A stretch of 64,000 bases of DNA, taken from positions 16,205-80,204 of the forward strand of contig CABYXR010000002.1 of NCBI GenBank assembly GCA_902522955.1, read 5' to 3'. The notes under the pieces are model-generated. The model was not told the origin of the DNA. It did no database searches and was given only the letters and a program-made list of their open reading frames with translations. Numbering within the stretch: position 1 is the first letter of the stretch; each line of letters starts with the position of its first letter. The position numbers and the translations under genes are program-made. Positions 61,023-64,000 of the stretch are shown in pieces. Origin of the DNA: an uncultured Pelagibacteraceae bacterium. GTDB taxonomy: Bacteria; Pseudomonadota; Alphaproteobacteria; Pelagibacterales; Pelagibacteraceae.

Positions 61023-62160
61023 ATTTGATAACTGAGGTAATCACTTCACAAGCGATAGCTTTTTCTTTTCCTACTACACCTAATTTTTCTGTTGTTTTAC
61101 CTTTTATGTTAATTTGATCTTTTGAAATTTTACAAAGTTTAGCAATACTATCTATCATTTTGATTTTATATTTATTAATTTTTGGTGTTTGAGTAATAAT
61201 ATTTATATCTATATTATTTACAAAATAACCTTTTGCATTTACTTTTTCCATTACTTCTTGAAGTAAAGTTGTTGATCTTATATTTTTAAATTTTTTATTT
61301 TTATCAGAAAACATTTGGCCGATATCCCCCATTTTACAAGCACCAAGAATTGCATCTGTAATCGAATGTAATACTGGATCTCCATCAGAATGACCCAGTG
61401 TTCCTAAAGGCGATTTAATTTTTAATCCAGCTAAATAAAGTTTTCTTTTAGGAACAAGCCTATGAACATCAAAGCCGATACCGACACTTTGATTGGATTT
61501 ATATATATTCTTTAAAATTTCATAATCTGATTGATCTGTAATCTTAAAGTTATTTTTTTCACCATCTATAAATTTTACTCCATTTAAGTTCATATACAAT
61601 GAAATATCATCATCTTTATATTTTTTAGAATTAATTTTATGTAAATGATAAATTTCTTTTAAATTAAAAGCTTGTGGAGTTTGTGTAAGAAATAAGTTTT
61701 CTCTATTTTTGCCTAAAATATACTCATTCAAGCTAGAATCTATCTTTTGTTTTACAGCATCTTGTATTTTTATTTTTGGAACTACAGCTCTAGCGTTTTT
61801 CATATTTTTAATTATTGAACTGATCAACTTTAAAGAAAAATTTGGTCTTGCAACATCGTGAATTAAAACTTTTGTGACTCCATTTATATTATTGATGTAT
61901 TTTAAAGCATTAAAAGCAGATTGCTGTCTAGTTTTTCCACCTATGATTATTTTAATATTTTTTAGTTTAAGATTTTTGACTCGTTTTAGGTCTTTTTTAT
62001 TATAAACAAGGACTATCTTTTTAATTTGTTTAAATTGTCGAGCTTTATCGATATTAATTTCTACTAATGATTTACCAGCAATTTTTTGATATGGTTTGCC
62101 CACATTAGACCTAAATCTATGGCTATTACCTCCAGCTAGAATGATTAAACAAAAACTCAT
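61015..62160 (-). CDS. ispDF: Bifunctional IspD/IspF
   Basis: IspD: ILAGG, GGKTRQQS, IHDVARP, QTPQ.F, NFKIT; IspF: GIGFDVH, GHSDGD, GDIG..F, K.KTTE.LG. Confidence 0.94.
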   Translation of the reverse strand: MSFCLIILAGGNSHRFRSNVGKPYQKIAGKSLVEINIDKARQFKQIKKIVLVYNKKDLKRVKNLKLKNIKIIIGGKTRQQSAFNALKYINNINGVTKVLIHDVARPNFSLKLISSIIKNMKNARAVVPKIKIQDAVKQKIDSSLNEYILGKNRENLFLTQTPQAFNLKEIYHLHKINSKKYKDDDISLYMNLNGVKFIDGEKNNFKITDQSDYEILKNIYKSNQSVGIGFDVHRLVPKRKLYLAGLKIKSPLGTLGHSDGDPVLHSITDAILGACKMGDIGQMFSDKNKKFKNIRSTTLLQEVMEKVNAKGYFVNNIDINIITQTPKINKYKIKMIDSIAKLCKISKDQINIKGKTTEKLGVVGKEKAIACEVITSVIKYD

Positions 62161-62208
62161 AGTATAAAGTTATATTATATTTATATGAATTTTTAAGATT
62201 TATTTGAA

Positions 62209-63990
62209 ATGTTTAAAATTATAAAAAACTTTAATTGGATTATTTTATCTTCATTTTTGTGTATTTTCATGGGGATAGTAACTTTTTTAACCTTTATTAA
62301 TGAAGGTTTCGTTCCTTTAACAGATCAAAATTTACAAATTTTATTAATTATTGATATCATTTTGTTGTTAGTTTTCTTTACCTTAATTTTCAAAAATTTT
62401 TATCGTTTTTACAATACAGGCAAGAGAGTAAAAACGGGCTCTCAAACAAATTTAAAATATATTTCGATATTTTCTTTATTTACGCTTATCCCTTCACTTT
62501 TAGTAGCTATATTTTCTTTATTTATATTTAACTTTGGAATTCAAAATTATTTCGATAAACAAATTACAAAAGCAGTAAATAATTCTTATGATGTTGCAAA
62601 AAATTATCTAGAAGAAAGCAAAGAAAGCGTGAAATCAGATGTTATTCTAATGAGCGTTGGTTTAAACAGAGCTTCTGTTTTCTATTATTCTAATCCTAAC
62701 AGATTTCAACAAGTGATTAGCGCTGAAAAAATACTAAGAAAAATAGATGATGTATATTTGATCGATGGATTAGGTAATGTGCTTATGTCAAATGTACGAG
62801 ATATAACCGAAGAATTTATTGTTCCGTCAGACGAAGATTACGATCAAGTTTTAGAAGGCAAGCAAGTCTTTATCTCTAATAATCAAGAAAATAAAACTAC
62901 TGTAATGACTAAATTAACTTCTTTAGTCGATACTTATCTATATATTTCAAGAAATATTGATATTGAAATTCTAAGATATTTAAATGAAACGGAAAAAGCG
63001 GTTAATTTTTATTATTCAGTAGAAAATAGTCAAACAGGTATTAAAGTAACATTTGCAATTATATATATTATTGTAGTTACTTTATTATTATTTTTATCTA
63101 CTTCAGTTGCAATTACTTTTGCTTCTAGACTTACCAAACCAATTATAAATTTAATTGGAGCATCTAATGCAATAAGCAAAGGTGCATTAGACGTCAAAGT
63201 TCCAAATATAGAAGCTGATAGAGAATTTATACAATTAAATACTAATTTTAATTTGATGATAGATAGACTTAAAAAACAGCAAGATAAATTGCTTGCAGCA
63301 GAAAGATATGAAGCGTGGGAAAGTGTAGCTAGAAAACTAGCTCATGAAATAAAAAATCCCTTAACACCTATTCAATTATCTATCGATCGTTTACGGGAAA
63401 AATATTCCTCAAAAATTAACAAAGGAAGCGAAGATTTTGAAAAATATCTTGAAACAATAAATAGACAAATCAAGGACATTGAAAATTTAGTTAATGAATT
63501 TTCTAGCTTTGCCAGAATGCCGCGACCTACATTTAAAAAAATTAATTTAATTGATGTTATAAATAAAGCGGTTGATTTTATTAAAATGTCATCTACAAGC
63601 AAAATAAATTTTAAATCAAATAAAAAAAATATTCAGATTAATGGTGATACCGAACAGTTAAACAGGGTATTTATCAATTTAATTAAAAACTCTGAGGAAG
63701 CCTTTTTAGATTTAATTAAAAAAAACCCTGATTTTAAAGGTAAAATTGACATAGATATTATTAGCAATAATGACTATATAATGATTAAGATAACAGATAA
63801 TGGCACAGGTATATCAGATACAAAAAAAGTAATGACGCCTTATTTTACAACTAAAGTAAAAGGAACTGGATTGGGATTACCCATAGTGAGTAAAATTATA
63901 AACGAGCATAAAGGAGATTTTGTAATTAAGAATAGAAAGAAACCCACTGGTACCGTTATAGAAATCTCAATTCCTACAATCAATGCATAA
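62209..63990 (+). CDS. ntrY: NtrY-family sensor histidine kinase
   Basis: TM segments, periplasmic domain, HAMP, AW..VARKLAHEIKNPLTPIQL H-box, NLIKN, DNGTG, PYFTTK, GTGLGL. Confidence 0.9.
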   Translation: MFKIIKNFNWIILSSFLCIFMGIVTFLTFINEGFVPLTDQNLQILLIIDIILLLVFFTLIFKNFYRFYNTGKRVKTGSQTNLKYISIFSLFTLIPSLLVAIFSLFIFNFGIQNYFDKQITKAVNNSYDVAKNYLEESKESVKSDVILMSVGLNRASVFYYSNPNRFQQVISAEKILRKIDDVYLIDGLGNVLMSNVRDITEEFIVPSDEDYDQVLEGKQVFISNNQENKTTVMTKLTSLVDTYLYISRNIDIEILRYLNETEKAVNFYYSVENSQTGIKVTFAIIYIIVVTLLLFLSTSVAITFASRLTKPIINLIGASNAISKGALDVKVPNIEADREFIQLNTNFNLMIDRLKKQQDKLLAAERYEAWESVARKLAHEIKNPLTPIQLSIDRLREKYSSKINKGSEDFEKYLETINRQIKDIENLVNEFSSFARMPRPTFKKINLIDVINKAVDFIKMSSTSKINFKSNKKNIQINGDTEQLNRVFINLIKNSEEAFLDLIKKNPDFKGKIDIDIISNNDYIMIKITDNGTGISDTKKVMTPYFTTKVKGTGLGLPIVSKIINEHKGDFVIKNRKKPTGTVIEISIPTINA

Positions 63991-64000
63991 AGATATATTA
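63983..64000 (+). CDS. ntrX: 5' end of response regulator NtrX (partial)
   Basis: ATG at 63983 overlapping the ntrY end reads MHKDIL, like NtrX N-termini; ntrY-ntrX synteny; only 6 codons visible. Confidence 0.45.

Noticed and set aside
2989-63602. Numerous 60-170 aa antisense or overlapping ORFs in the ORF track (e.g. 14035-14445, 26084-26593, 31539-31988)
   Set aside because: They lie opposite or within well-conserved genes, have no motifs, and show the composition typical of antisense shadows.

Overview
Very AT-rich, tightly packed alphaproteobacterial chromosome segment. Gene content, minimal intergenic spacing and many overlapping stop/start codons point to a streamlined Pelagibacterales (SAR11)-like genome; this taxonomy is inferred. 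Most of the window is core genes: clpX 3' end, lon, tRNA-Val/tRNA-Asp, nuoA-N, birA-coaX-rnj-DUF1467-proS-lolC/E-lolD-dnaE, rpsB-tsf-frr-uppS-cdsA-dxr-bamA-skp-lpxD-fabZ-lpxA-lpxI-lpxB, gltX-lexA-trpCDGE-ppiD, tpiA-secG-pyrG-kdsA-eno-ftsB-lipA-coq10, cinA-pgpA-ispDF and ntrY(-ntrX). Several genes usually found in these clusters are absent at seamless junctions (hupB, mce, pyrH, rseP, gltA, comEC, pdhABC, dusB-ntrBC). Accessory inserts: (i) a GT17-like glycosyltransferase divergent from a three-domain SDR-cupin-sugar C-methyltransferase fusion, plus a ZitP-like zinc-finger protein; (ii) a PQQ/GSDH-type dehydrogenase and an HDAC-family deacetylase coupled to the lipid A genes; (iii) a Pro/Glu tandem-repeat membrane protein and a solo Cas4/RecB-like nuclease. 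Cis-elements read from the sequence are two alphaproteobacterial SOS boxes at lexA, a near-consensus Fur box upstream of nuoA, a structured rpsB leader, and a pyrG promoter whose start region (T6-C7-C8-A9 with A9 = the ATG) mirrors the CTP-sensing start-site switch of enteric pyrC. No CRISPR array, integrase, transposase or prophage is evident. No database searches could be run, so all family calls rest on motif recognition and synteny.
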